Positions 11,826 through 26,075 of a DNA stretch of 64,000 nt are shown one piece after another. The stretch is taken from positions 28,024,001 through 28,088,000 of the forward strand of contig NW_027266266.1 of NCBI RefSeq assembly GCF_022045235.1, read 5' to 3'. Within the stretch, counting starts at the first letter, position 1. Each line of letters opens with the position of its first letter. A model generated the notes under the pieces. It saw nothing but the letters and a program-made list of their open reading frames with translations, ran no database searches and was not told the DNA's origin. Both the position numbers and the translations under genes were made by a program. The stretch is from Haliotis cracherodii. Lineage: Eukaryota.

Positions 11826-13155
11826 GCGAGAACACTATCCCGTTATCCCGGGGTGAGTATAAATACTTTCCAGCCAGTACAAATCTCCCAATTTCAATGT
11901 TGACTTAACGCGCTAGAATTGGCATCAGTATAATTATGTTTTAAACAGTCCCTTTTGGACTTTACTGCATGTATTCTGACGAGCATCGTATAGATGACGT
12001 CTGATTCGGTGAAGGTGAAGTGTATGGGATACAATTACCCAGCTGTAGTTGGCATCTTACTAGTTTGATGAATACGTTAAAAAACTATACTGTGATCTTT
12101 GCACAAATCCTCATAAAAAGCAATTATACATAACATTGTGAGAGCTATACTCTTGAAACAGGATCGACTCACGTTTAAACTCAAGCATAGTTCTTACAAT
12201 GGGAAGCGACCATTTATCGCCATTTTTCGTGATTTTACTGTAAAATTCCGTGTCTAAATTTGACTGTACTAATAACCTTGATTTTTGAGAAACTATGAGC
12301 AAATACGCATATTTTTTATCCGAGGAAAATGTTTGAGTAGATTTATGTTATAACGCGACAAGAGGGAATCGAACAGTGGAAATAAATAACTTTCCGATTG
12401 ACTAACTGTACCAGTTATCGCCATCGTTTAAACAACAGGTGCCCCGAGATCACGCGCAACGCTTCAGTTATACACATTGTTGTTGTTGTTACATCTGGTA
12501 TCGCACTCAGTTATTTTCTTCGTTACAAATACAAGAGATGTGTTTATCAATTTATCGTCTGCCAAAAGACGGAAACCAATATCCCCTGATTTCGATCTAC
12601 ACATCCATATCCATAACACAATGTATATATATGAATATTTACAGGTTTGGAAAAAAATAACTAAATTAGGTTTTAGAAATGTATTTTTGTTGAGAAATGA
12701 CAAACAGAAGGTAGGCAATGAACGAACTAAAATGTGCATCATCGTGTTTGGTTGATTTCTGTGTCTTTGAGCAAGGTGGTTATATATGGTGTGTGTTTTA
12801 ATATTTTCTAACAAGTGTAATTTTTGTTTATCATATTCGGATACATATTTATATTTTCTAATGAAAACGAGCAAAAGTGCCTGTGCCCTATAACGAGGGG
12901 TTTGGCGATATTTGGTCCTCAGCGATAACTAGACAACGGAAAACAAACTTAGAGTTCTTCCCCCAAGATCTAGTTTCATTCAGAAAATATCGTAACTATC
13001 CGGAGATAATGTATTCACATCGTTGGACGAGATGTCCAGCCTACATAAGGCTATACACGTTTGAACTTATTTACAATGAATGTAAACATTAAAACAAATA
13101 ATATGATATAATCACAGATTAAGATACTACCACTATTTACTGTATAAGTATAACC

Positions 13156-13384
13156 GACCCGGGAATAGGTCTCCGGAATAGGTGACTATATGCTTGTAAG
13201 AGGCTACTAAAGGGATCGAGTGCATGGTCAGGCTGGCTGACCATCTATCCCAACTACATAGATCGATTCTCATGTCAATCACTGGATTGTCTGGTCCAGT
13301 CTCTATTATTTACAGACCGCCGTCATATAGCTGGAATACTGCTGAGTGCGGCGTTAAACAACAAACAAACAAACAAACAAACAA
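13156..13384 (+). mobile_element. SINE-like family B copy
   Basis: Same body and (aaac)n tail; head partly rearranged. Confidence 0.8.
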
Positions 13385-13795
13385 GAAAACCAGCATCACA
13401 TTGTGTCACAGAGAAGTCATGTCAGAACCCTTAACCAAACAATCAAGTCACAAGGCAATATAGGGGCAATATAGGTGTTCAAACATTCAATACACGCCCA
13501 TGTAACGTCATTCTCGATCCCGACATCCTAGTTCTATACTCCTGTGTTTGGCGGACGGACTAAAGGTCGCCGACGTCGATCTATTTCGTCCCAATGGTCC
13601 GAGCGGACCAAGGCATCATATTCAGAGGTTTTGTTGCAAATGTTGCTGTGCGAATGTTGATTTAAGGGCGTTGTCGTGTTGAAACAAGACAAGTTGTCTG
13701 GAAGGGCGACAGTCTCAAAAGTCTCATCTCGGTGACGCACGACCTTGATCATTTTCTTCTCCACACGCACACAATCACGTATGCACGCTCGCACA

Positions 13796-13828
<33 letters not shown>

Positions 13829-14164
13829 CACACACACCGGGTCGCATTTGCAACCTCTCGTTGCCTGCACCACTTTTAACTGCTTTAAATGTCAAAATGT
13901 CCATGTAGCAGGTTGGGTTTATTAATACTCCCGACTTAATTCAAATATCCACAATTTTCACACAAAACTGTGGATGTGTTTAACATGCACACAGTGTCAT
14001 CCATACTATATAGTGTTAGTGCAATGTGCACAACTGAATGGTGTCACAATAACGTCTGTTGCTTTGTATATATGAATAACCGCACCTATACATCATATTT
14101 TATAAGATACGGTTGTATATTTCAGGAAAGTTACTCTACCTATAATTTCCATATTAGTCAGTTT

Positions 14165-14297
14165 TTAAAGCGTTCACTTATGACGCCGAAGGACCGGGTT
14201 CAATGGCCCACATACTCATAGGTACAATGTGTGAAGCCCGTTTCTGGTACCGCCCGTAGTGATATTGCTGGTGCTGAGTAAACCATACTCACACACG
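14165..14297 (+). mobile_element. tRNA-derived SINE family A, degenerate copy
   Basis: aaagcgttc..tgacgccgaaggaccgggttcaat...ggtacaatgtgtgaagccc...aaaccatactcac. Confidence 0.75.
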
Positions 14298-14446
14298 CTT
14301 CATTGAAACGTGTGTAAAATATAGTCAGCAATTTTCTTGCAAGTAGCTGTACGAAGAAAAATCTCCCTCTTATTGTAGCGAAATGCTGGAATTCAAAGCC
14401 TCTTTAAAATATACTTCAAGTTGATATATTTCCTAAAAAGACCAGT

Positions 14447-14660
14447 GCTCGTCGTAAGAAACGACTATATGGGTCTGGACATAAAGCGGAGATAAAGCGC
14501 CGTAGATTGTGTCATCGTATCCCGACAGCACGGGGCGTATATATATATGTATGTATCTCAAGCAATCACTGGTTTGTCTGGTCCAGAATCGATACTGATA
14601 CTATACAAACCGACGTCATTATAGCAGGTCTACTGTTGTGTGAGGCGTTAAACAACAAAC
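14447..14660 (+). mobile_element. SINE-like family B, degenerate copy
   Basis: gtcgtaagaaacgacta...atcactggtttgtctggtccag...ggcgttaaacaacaaac. Confidence 0.6.
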
Positions 14661-17377
14661 TGTAAATGTTTAATCGTGTACCTGATATATTTCATGCTCA
14701 TCATAAGTGTTTATGTCATCTTAAATCTTCGGAAGTAAAAGATAAGATTACATATGTATTGTGTTGCTATCATCAGCTGTACACATATATGTGTTTGAAG
14801 TCGACTGAAATATGAACTGTTAACAGCTATCTTAATGTTATAATAATAATTGTCACATATTTCACTCACTGTAAAGTGTTTTCATTTGGGACACCTTTAA
14901 CATTTATGTGTTTATGAGTTTAGTTATAAACACCTCAAGGGCGTTCTCGTTGTTACACTTTCAAAATACTTACAGGAATTTTGTTTGTATTTGGTGTTTC
15001 ATTTAAAAACGCTATTTTAGTACATTGTTTAAAGACAATACAGCGTTCACATCCCTAATAAATATATAAAGCTTTATATTTGCACTGGACAAAGGTTCTT
15101 GGTTATTTACTATATATAACAAGCATTTAGAGCTCAACCCAGAAAGTTTGATTTAAAGCTATGAAATGCTATATCCATATTAATCAGACAACAAAGAGCT
15201 ATGAGAAATTGGAAAATGCCTCAATCGTCCGATATAACTGTACCCAGCATAACTGATTGCACTGTATAGAATGCAGCTTATAGCTAGCATAGAGATGTGC
15301 TATGGACACATCAGAAGTTTAGAAACAACAGTTACTCAAAATTACCTAATCCAACAGTTTATAAATGACAATTCTACAGAAATAACGAGTCATCCAAAGT
15401 ATGTACCATTAAAACAAGTATTGTCTATATTTATCTTTACCAAAACAAGATGATGACAAATGAAAACATCCCTGAAAAGCTTTACGTTTGTACTGAATGC
15501 ATTTCTTAAAACGGAAGATACTTAACGTCTTTCTCACCCTCCTGATTAAGAATTTGAAATTATCAAATTATCGCTCTTATAAAAACCAGGGATAACCATG
15601 TTATTTCTATAAAGTAAAGACCTTTCTGAAATATATCCAAAGATTCTAAGGAATGTTTAAGTGTTATCTCTGCCTTTGTTTGTAAACTCTAAAAAACAAT
15701 CAATTTTGTCACTGCGCATGAATATTTTATACAGAATCGAAGGCGATATTGCATCATGTAGAAGTTTAATTTCCAGCAATACATTTCTTACATGCCTCAG
15801 ACAGGTTAGGAATTCTGCCCTATACAATTCCATATGTAATGTTACTTCGTGTGCTAAATCTCAAGACCTATGTCAAAAAGCGTCTTTAACGATCAACGTT
15901 AACGATCAAAGCACACATTGCCCCACTGAAGTACGTTACATGTTCCCCTGTGTATATAGTCCTTGTCTAACTGCTGCACACTGGGGGTCACGTCTTCTCA
16001 CGAAGCTGGCACACGTTGACATTGATTTTCAATGATGAATTTAATATGGTTGTGTCATTACGTTGTAGTTACGATGTAGCCATAAAATACCTCTTTGGTA
16101 GTTTCCATGGTGACGGTAGGAAACTATATAGGTCTAAGGATTTGTGATTGTGTGGTAAGGTTTTGTATGACTACATTCCATAACGTGCACACATGGGGAT
16201 GGGCATTAAACTATTTTTATGACTCCTAATATGATAAGTACACAATACTTGACGTACCAGGGAACTGTTGGCCATTCACACTTGTATATATGGCGTTTGT
16301 GTGACAATAGTTGTTTTTAAGCCAATATGCAAAAAATCTGACAGGGCAGAATAGAATATATAAACTTGCATAGTTTCGTTTCGTTCCCCGCTATGGCAAT
16401 ATGTATCGACACTATTTGCTATCACTATATCGATTCCTTTTATCATACATTCTCCACATGTCATACTGGTGTTGGCAGTTTGCCCCTCACATTGTACAGG
16501 TCACATTAGAAACATACCACTTTCAAAACAAGCCATTCTTTTCATACCGAGTTGTTTGACGGGAATAACAATCAATGGATTTTTTACTGGTGAATTTATG
16601 ATTGCAAATTACACTTCCAAATATTCGAGGATGTCCCCATTAGGCCATGGAGCAATATTTTAAGGTCAGATAACACGTTGACCAAATGCCGTCGGCGTGG
16701 GGGAATATTTGCAGAGGAGTTCTTGACTTTATCAAGAATAAATCAATCACTTCGGGTGTTCCTTTGACATTAGGTTGACACGTCGTGAAGTAACAAAAAA
16801 AAAACGGCGTATAAACCACCGGTGCCCGTGTGCAATAATATCGACTCTACACAACCGAGCAGACATAGCCCCACAATTGCAACAAGCTTTAGTTATTATA
16901 TGAGTGATTCACACACTAAGTCGTTCGTCCATCAGGCGTTACATGCTGAATGCATGACGATTAGGTTATTCACATGAATTTAACCAGTCTTACAAGTGTC
17001 TTAGCTGCATGGTGCTACTCACCTTGATCACATTGAACACAACTTGTTTTCCATACCCAGACATATTCGAGGCTGCCGTGATAGTCTTACTCTCTCATTC
17101 AAGGATGTAAAATATTCTAATGACATATTTCAAAAACATTTTATTGCATTTTTCTCATACTAAAGAGGAAATATTAACAAGTTGCAAACAGAACTGTAAC
17201 TTTGCGTATGCAAACCGGACACATATTGGTATGAATTAGTACTAACACCATGCACTTGAAACCTGCTACCGGACAAATCCGTTATCTTCACATATGATCA
17301 CTGTGCATGTGATTCAGTAGGAGAGCCTCACTATCCACCTCGATGTTACAGTGACCACAGATGTACAAGGATCTTGT

Positions 17378-19506
17378 TTAATGACTAGAATGGGACAAGT
17401 GGTTAGACCGAAGATCTGGGTCTACGTCGTACAACACAATTTCTTTTTCACAGTTTGCATTTGTAATTGCCTGAAGATTGATTTCATGCAACTTCAGTGG
17501 CGCATGTTGCATGTATGACATATTATGAGACATATCACCGCATCCAGGTTTGTGTACACATGACCCAGGAACCATCGATGCACCAACATGTTCGGTTGCC
17601 ATGGTTGTACCCTTTTCGTCGACAGGTTGCTCTGACTTACTGTCATTTGGGGATATCATGTATTTTCCTTGTTCATAACTGCTTTCTGTAGTCAGCGAAT
17701 CCCGGCACCATTCCCTGTGCGTCTACCTAGTGGAGCCACTACCTGGTTTCTGCCATCTGGTCCTACTACAGGGTCATCAATATGGCAATAATAGGGCAGA
17801 TTTTCACTGTGATAGTTCCTTACTTCTTCGCAAGGAAGTCGCGGTATGTAGGGTGGTACTGTAGATACTGCATCCATGTTTAACCGAGACCGGCCGCCTT
17901 CACTATGGTCAGTGTCTGTGTTGCATGATCTCTGTTGTAGTGTACTTGTGTATTCACACCTTGGTCCCGATTCTTCAAAAGACTTCCAATAGGTGGTAAC
18001 TTCGTATAGTTCTTCACAGGGACAATATTTTTATGACTTGTATGAGATGTGAATTCTTGGAGTATTTTACGCCCAACCACCGGTACAGTAGCTTTATATT
18101 TCTTTGCTTCAGTCACCCTTGACAGTTTCGTTGTAACTTTGGTGTCATGAGAAACAGGCACCATTTGCACACAGCCAGACGCCTGGTTGTAAAACACGTA
18201 TCCTTCATGTGGAGAAAAGGTGATCAGTGTGTTGGAAGCATGCAAAGCATGTGAATCTCCACAGTGTAACCCTTCACTCGGTGGTTTGAGACAACCGTTC
18301 TTGGACGAAGTATTTGATTCCGGAGACGGTAAATGAGGTGTCGACAAACAATTTCGACGAGACATCCCCGAGATGTGTCTCAAGGCTTTTGTCAGGCCGG
18401 ACATCAGTCACCATAGCAGCATCGGATGATGCGCTCAACCGGGTTGCTTTTGCACACGTGTCTGTCGTTTTCCTAACCCATCTGTCAAGGGCTTCCATTG
18501 ATAGCCACTCGCCTTTGTGACGTTGGGGTCACATTTATCCTACCCGAAGGTATAGACAGGGCGCTCATAGTATGGTAACCCTCTGTGGTACCATTACCTA
18601 CAGGATACACAAATGACCCATTTTGAAGTACATGTTCCAGAATTTGTGGCGCCTGGCTGATCTTACTGAGATACTGGTCATCCGCATGAAACGATTGGTC
18701 ACAATTGGTGTCTGGTGCCATTGAACCATTATCAGGTGTATGAGTGTGGTTACTGTGGATAAACCGAGCTCGAACAGAGGATGCTTTCGTTGCACCTTCA
18801 GTCGATGAATCTTTTGTTCTACTTGTGTGGTGTTCCCAAGCAAATTGAGATGGGTCTCTTAATACGGCTGAATGATGTTCATCTGGTTGTGGCGCACACA
18901 CTGACGCAATTGCAGATGTTGAGGCATGTCCTGCAAAACTTTGGACCAGTTCAGAGAAATTCATTCTACTATCCATAGGAGCTGATCCATCGCAGCTACT
19001 TTCTGACATATTGATGGAATTTTGAATGTGGTTGATATTAGCATTAAACCTGACATGCACGTCGACAATACCGCTTTTCCTTGCAATGCAAGACACGGGT
19101 TGAACGATTGATTGCTTCTGGGTATAACGACTCTTCAGAAGAGAAAAAACCGAAGTTTCAACAAATCTACGCAATTCAGACCTTTCAAAACCGGACGACT
19201 TGGCACCTCCAAGGCTATGTCTTCGCCTTTGCCGTCGTTCCTGAGACAACGTCTTTGATGGCGAATTTGAACATATTCTGGAATGTTGAAGTACTTCTTT
19301 TTTATGCTGATCTTCCATGACTGGCATCTCTTAAGACCCGTTCTCTCCAGATTTTAGTTCAATATTGTGTGATAGAATCTCTAATAAACAATTCAACGTT
19401 TCTTCAATATCACTAGAAACAATGTGATGCAAATTCAGAGTAATTCCTAGTTGTCCATGTTGTGATGATTCTCAACAAATAGGACATCGACATGACGCAT
19501 ATATAC
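17378..19506 (-). pseudogene. Long frameshifted coding-like exon (Ser/Thr/His-rich uncharacterised protein)
   Basis: Acceptor ctctttcattgcag| before 19506; ATG at 19327; abutting ORFs 19327-18485, 18498-18274, 18404-17880, 17877-17692 and 17659-17378 in shifting frames over about 1.95 kb; no recognisable domain. Confidence 0.5.
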
Positions 19507-19562
19507 CTGCAATGAAAGAGGGTAGTATAATTTATTCTTATATTTATTTATTCTATATATAA

Positions 19563-19771
19563 TAGTGATGTCGCGATTCACATTTCACATCGGTATTAGT
19601 CAGTTGTGCTTCTTTGTCTTTATGAGCGAGTCTTTTGACTCTATTCTCAGTAAAATGACTGGGTTTTCCGCACAAAATGTCAGATATGCAGTATCGAGAT
19701 GCATGGCGTACCGTGGGTTCTGTATCGAAATATGTATCGTATCGTGTGACACCTATATGGCGACATCCCTA
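19563..19771. mobile_element. hAT-type MITE
   Basis: TIRs tagtgatgtcgc / gcgacatcccta; 8-bp TSD atatataa / atacataa (7/8 match). Confidence 0.75.
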
Positions 19772-20509
19772 ATACATAACACTTTCAAAATGTGACATAA
19801 ATAATTACTTAGAATGAAACTGAAACCCTAATGGGTTTGTGCTCAAATAAAGAAGCCGACTATGTTGGACCAACCATCGTGCGAAACATAACTCCATCGA
19901 TGACCCTTGACATACAATATTTATTTTTAGGGTGTAAACAGATAAATATTTGTCAGTTTGGAACAAATACATCCGTATAAGGGATGGTTACATGTCATGG
20001 CCATGTACATCTCCATGACCCCATAGCATCAACTGCATGGCCGCTTGGTCTGTGAGTCATTTCAGAATTGACCTTCACTTTATGAACTCACACAAAGTGA
20101 AGGTCAATTCTCATAATTTTACCTCAAAGGATTTAGGCCAAGATCAAAACACAATTTTATTTTATACGTGTGACTTCATGTTTACACTTACAGCCATACA
20201 ACAACCAGCTATATCGCGGAATAAAATAGTTCCTCGAAAAGAGAGTTGACATAAGCGTATGGATGCATAACTTGCTCTTCAGAAACATCACGAAAACATG
20301 TACAAGTACAAGACGACAAAATGGCCGACACGATAAACGTGACGGGAGAGATTTCCGAAGTTGTTAATGAACCTGTGGCGGTTACAAGTCATCATTGATC
20401 AACTGGCCGATCATTGAAAGGTGATTAAAGATGCGTCAAACAGACACTAAGGTAAATTCGTAGATTGCTGGAGACGGTCACTGTCAGCCTAGACACAGAT
20501 CGAGTCGAT

Positions 20510-20740
20510 ACTACGATAGTTTGGATGTGCATTTCTTCGTTTGCTCATTAGGATGGGCCGTAGCGAGGATGTTCGTGAACAATCATGCAGTCAAGCTCTC
20601 TGACTTTTCTCAATGCATGCTGAAACGCTGAGACCAAGATTAAAGCATCTAAAAGATCAGAAAGAACGCTTATACATGTTTTCGTGCCAGGGGATTCCCA
20701 GGGGTTTCCCCGGGAATGTAGAAGAAGTCCGTCAGTGTTT
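20510..20740. repeat. Old dispersed repeat (family D), copy 2
   Basis: Homologous to 6540-6770. Confidence 0.7.
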
Positions 20741-22144
20741 ACGTCATTTCAAGAACACAGTCTCGTGAAAAACGTATGAACGTCAAATTGTGTCGTTCAT
20801 ACACTAATGAACGTCAATTTAGCGGTCATGTGACTGACCTCTCTCCCAATGTAAAAGCCGTATATCGTGTAAACTTCAAATTAAAAAAATATATCACAGT
20901 GTGTCTCTAATAATCGGACTTAGTTCACAACAGAGACACCCAGGTGAAGTAAGCCTTCAGGAACCTGTCCCAGACCAGTACTAGTGTTACAACTATAAGT
21001 GAACGTTTACGTAGCTAATATTAACTGGTTCAATTGTTTTTCGAACTTGACTTGTGCCTATATGATATCAAGGCTTCAAACTGAATCTGTTTCAGACTCG
21101 TTGGTGTATGTCCAAGGTACAATCATTAAACCAATCCCACATTTATGTGACTTCTGACTCCCGTATGTTTGGCCGATGTAGCTGTATATCGAATCTGACG
21201 TGTCTATGGTTCTATCAATACGATATCAATTTCGGTACAAATAAGTCGACGTGTCAAATACATCAAAAGCTGACCTTTTTTCATGCGAAAAAAACCCTTT
21301 TGACATACGTTCAACTTTTCGTCAAGAAACCAAAAGATTGTAGAAACTGTACTGGTGTATAATATATTACCAGTTGAACTGATAAAATAGAATTCACATT
21401 TGAAAATGGGAAAGAATTGTTGGAAGAGCCTGTAAAATTACACAACTCTACGCCGATGATTGAGCAAAACTGAACGAAATTCAAGACAGTTTTTTCCACT
21501 TCATAAAATGTCTATGGATTGCAATTACGCTTTATCGGAACGACAAGTCGTAGTTAAATTTACTCAAAGACAATATCATATGTATACAATATCATTTAAA
21601 TCAGCAATGTTTGTCGATTCCATTATCTCTGTGCTTCAAGATATGACAACCTTTCCGTGTGCCCATTTTTACCCCTCAATAAGAAATCGTGAGCCATTGA
21701 TGTCAGCTTTCTAAAAAGATTAATCCTCACTATATTTTTAATTTTATAACACAATCCGTGGCACTCAGAAACGAATTATTTGGAAGGCCCGTTTACATTT
21801 TCGTTTTCGCAATACGGAAATCTAATGCTGCTCCGATTGTTTCTCTGGTTCGTCAAGTATTTATCAAGTAGTAGCTGCAACTGAATAGATAGAATGCCTG
21901 GCATGACTTCTTATGGAGGGGTTGTCTGATTTTGAACAAATAAAAGTTATAAAAGAGTAATATGAAACTACATCAATATAGCAACAACTTAATCATTACA
22001 ATTTGTTTCGACCCTCAAAGACTCGGGATAAATTATATTGGATAATTAGATACGCTCCTCATTCGTATTTTTCGACATTCAATTTAACAGCATTCTCCAT
22101 AAAATGGTAATACATGTCTTGCGCCTGTCTTGGCCCAGGTTCAG

Positions 22145-23762
22145 CACTACTCAAAAGAAGTTAAAGAACACCAGATATATAATACACGATTTAGCAAATT
22201 GGTCATGGCATTATGTGTTATAACATTACTATCATCTAATGTTTGGAAACATGTTGCACCACGTCTGGGGTATTGCTGATCCTCCTGACACTTTCTGGAA
22301 ACACTTCTGGTAGTCATGCAAATGAATTGAAAACATGAGCAAAACACAGGAATATTGTCGCCCAAACACAACGCTGCACCTGTCCTTAGCAACAACCAAC
22401 ACAATTTTCATGCTCAGCATATGAAAGTGGTGATGTTCATGGTGCACGTGCATGCTTTCCCTTTAAGAAGGCGATGACGATGATCGTGTTATCACACTTT
22501 CCAAAACCATGCCACAGAGACGACATCTGACTGATGTTGATAGAGGACGAGCTATTGGTTGGCTCCAGGATGGTCTTTCTTTACGTGAGGTGGGCAGAAG
22601 ATTGCAGGTGTCCCCCTCTGTCATCCACACCCTTTGGCATCGTTTTGCTGCCACTGGCAGAGTCCAAGAGCAACATCGTTCTGGACGCCAAGGTGTACCT
22701 CACAACGTGATGACCGATACCTGGTTCTCCAAGCACTCAGGCAGCGTACATCAACAGCAATTAACCTCAGGTTACAGTTAAGGGCTGTCAATAACACTGT
22801 CGTTAGTGATCAGACGGTGCGAAACCGTTTACGAGCTGCGCACTTGAGAAGTCGACGACAAGCAGTGAGACCACCTTTACGTCCAGTTCACAGAACAGCA
22901 CGTCTGGCTTGGTGTCGACAACATGTGCGTTGGAACAGACAGCAATGGTCTCGTGTACTGTTTACAGACGAGTCGCGATTCTGTTTGTAGCTCAATGATG
23001 GAAGAATACGGGTGTGGCGTCGTACTGGAGAGAGATTCACCGATGCCACAGTACGTGAACGTGTCGCTTTTGGAGGGGGATCAGTGATGGTATGGGGAGG
23101 ATTCAGTTGGAATCACAGGACTCCTCTTACCATATTGTCGGGAATCTGAATGCTTCCAGGTACCGTGATGAGATTCTTGAACCCCTGGTATTGCCCACTC
23201 TTCGTCAGATTGGTCAAGGTGCTATCCTTCAGGACGACAATGCATGACCCCATCGCGCGCGGATTATCACTGACTATCACAGACAAAGGCAGATTACCGT
23301 TATGCAATGGCCTGCTTATTCGCCAGATCTGGCGCCCATTGAACATCTTTGGGATGCCTTTGGAAGAGCCGTTCAAGCTAACCACCCACCTCCTGTTAAT
23401 CTCCAGCAACTGTTAGGATTTCTTCATCAGGAATGGCAAGCAATTCCAAAGGCAACACTGCAGCAACTTGTCCGATCTATGCGCAGAAGATGTCAGGACT
23501 GTATTGCTTCCAGGGGTGGGCATACCCGCTATTGAAGGAACATGATTATCCTGAACTGTAGTGTGTGACTTTTGATTTATAGGGTACATGCAGTTCATAT
23601 TGTTTTGCTCTTGTCAGCTGTATGCCAGCGTTTCTTTCTTCAATGGAATGTCATGATTAAATACTTATCTTTTCCAATCAGTGTTGTTCCTGTGTCCACG
23701 ATTTATTGTTTGAGTGATTTTGATAACTTATTTTGGTGTTCTTTAACTTCTTTTGAGTAGTA
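22145..23762 (+). mobile_element. Tc1-family DNA transposon (DD34E), full length, inactive
   Basis: TIRs ctactcaaaagaagttaaagaacacca at both ends; TA present on the right flank but not on the left. Confidence 0.93.
22509..23535 (+). pseudogene. Tc1 transposase pseudogene
   Basis: N-terminal HTH region, FTDESRF, QDDNA and WPAYSPDLAPIEHLW with D34E spacing; frameshift near 22690 (GRPR motif), TAG at 22988-22990, TGA near 23245. Confidence 0.92.
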
Positions 23763-23925
23763 TATTATATGATATCAATAGTAATTATAAAATTAGGAAT
23801 ATTTCTTTTATGTATCATACTCAATTTAAGGATACAAAATCTTTAAAAATGATTTATGGATATTGATTAGTTTACCACAAGCAATATATTATGAACATTC
23901 ATACTGTACCTGTACTGTCGCATCT

Positions 23926-23985
23926 GGGCGGTGGGGTAGCCTAGTGGTTAAAGCGTTCGCTCGTCACGCCGAAGGCCCAGGTTTG
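23926..23985 (+). mobile_element. SINE family A, tRNA-like head only
   Basis: gggcggtggggtagcctagtggttaaagcgttcgctcgtcacgccgaag: A-box and GTC anticodon-like loop, truncated in the B-box. Confidence 0.75.
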
Positions 23986-25980
23986 AAAGTAACATATTAA
24001 CATACATGTCTGTCTTAATATTGAACCTCGGAAACTCGGGAAATGAACCGTCTAGTTTCCGTGGGATTGGTAGAAATTAATTTTTTTAGTCCACTACTGA
24101 CTAGTCCTTATGGTGATAACATATAGTAAAACCCTTTAAAATGGCAACTTTCTTCTAGTCCTTGTGATTCCTTAACTATTGGGCAGTTTGGCAAGGGCCA
24201 TAGATAGGCCTAGTGTCAATTTCTAACACCGCGTGGTCAATACGTGTTTTGATTAGATCGAGGGGTGTCTTTGTCACAATGTCACAAATAAAAATTATCT
24301 AGATGAAATCATGCGAAATAAATTAGGTTTGGGAACGAACGCTGTGCTCGGAAAGCTGTGCTTGTTTGAAATGTAAACAAAGCAAAATTCAGATTTACAC
24401 GGTGTAGCATTCTCTCCTATTCTGAGAGGGCCATTCGTTTAATTGTTTCATATATTGGCTGACGTGTTTGAGAATATTTATGGGAAGAGTTTCATAGCAC
24501 GAATTATGGAATTAAAAGTAATTATATATACGTCACAATGATCAGGTAAATTCGGCAGAAATCGTGAACGTCTCCGTCCTGTGTAACGCCATGACTGACG
24601 CTAAATCACGTTCATCAACGACGGTAGTTATCTGCATTTCCCGACTGATTCTCTTCAAGACTTGGTTTCAATGAAAAAAATATCAGATAGTCACAATGTT
24701 TCTGTTTACTGACATGTCACATTTATGTACATACGATCCCTGAATCAACGAAAGTCCCCTGTATAATCCCGCGTACTGTTGTCAGTGAACACGCCATTTT
24801 GTAAAAGTCGGTCACCGGTAGTGATGTAATACGGAAGTAAACATTGTTGTATATATTTGGTCATTTCTTTGAGGTGAAAATTATTAACTCGGAATCCAGC
24901 GGGTTCATTGATCTTTCTAGTTTGCATTATCATCATCGCCCTGATAGTCCACAGATATGGCGGAAACCTTTTTGTTTCGGGTCACATTGTTTACGAGAAG
25001 TAAGCAGTACGTACGTAGGGTGACGTCAATAATGACCGTTGTGTTATGTATAATGCGCCACTGCGATCATGAGCAAAATGCATCGAGTCGATGCTAAAAT
25101 GGTGCGATTTTAGGGTGTGTAAGAAACAGATTACTGCACTCGTGCCTGTCAGACACCATTTATCTAATACCTCGTTAGATACGTTTTGAAACAACTCGTT
25201 GTAAGATAAATGGTATCTGACAGACACTCGTGTAGGAATATCTAATAGTAGCCAGAGTATGCTCCATGGACAGGTGCCGTTGGAGTCTTGATCAATTTAA
25301 CTTGTTAATTGTTAAATAGCCTAATCAATTATGAACAGCCAAATATAATCATATTTAGCACATTTTACACATAACTGACAAAGGTCAATGCAGTCATGTT
25401 AGTCGTTTATTACCTCAGTTACCTTACCGTAAACTACCAATATACTATGGTATGTGTGTTAGACGTCTGCATGCATTTGTCCGACAAGAGTAGTCTTCCC
25501 TTTTATCCTATAAAATTTCAACGGGAATCATATCCGAATGCGGAATAGAATATTTAGTGTTATTTATTGTACATATCACATGGTATGTAATCCTAGGTAA
25601 TACAACCATGAACTAAGAAGAAATGTTAATACATAAAGCACTATTCTAGATCAACTACCTGTTGGGTTATAAGGCTTGCCGACATTCTTGACGTACGAAT
25701 ATTGAAACCGACATATTTGCAGCACCAACTACCAATAGATCTGGTAAAACAAAGCAATAGTTGCTCGATCGACTCATCCCAATATGAAAGATTTACTTTG
25801 TGGAACTTCTTTTATTTACAATTTTCATTTGCATCTATATTGTGATTGATAGGTCCTTAAGTTATAAGTCCTATAAAACACGCTATGGCGATATTTGGGG
25901 ATATTCTTCCACGCTTGTTTCAGATCTCTCAAATTGTCTTGAGAGAGCCCAGCCTAGTTATATTGAAAATCACATTTATC

Positions 25981-26075
25981 GGGTACAATGTGTGAAGCCC
26001 ATTTTCCGGTGTCCCCCACCGTGATATTGCTGAAGTATTGCTAAAAGCCGCGTAAAACCATACTCACTCGCTCAC
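25981..26075 (+). mobile_element. SINE family A, 3' part
   Basis: gggtacaatgtgtgaagcccatt...gcgtaaaaccatactcactc. Confidence 0.8.

Noticed and set aside
23926-23985. tRNA-Asp-like genes (also 34919, 32940-33010 and 32496)
   Set aside because: These are SINE heads: no proper acceptor stem, and they are truncated or followed by SINE body and tail
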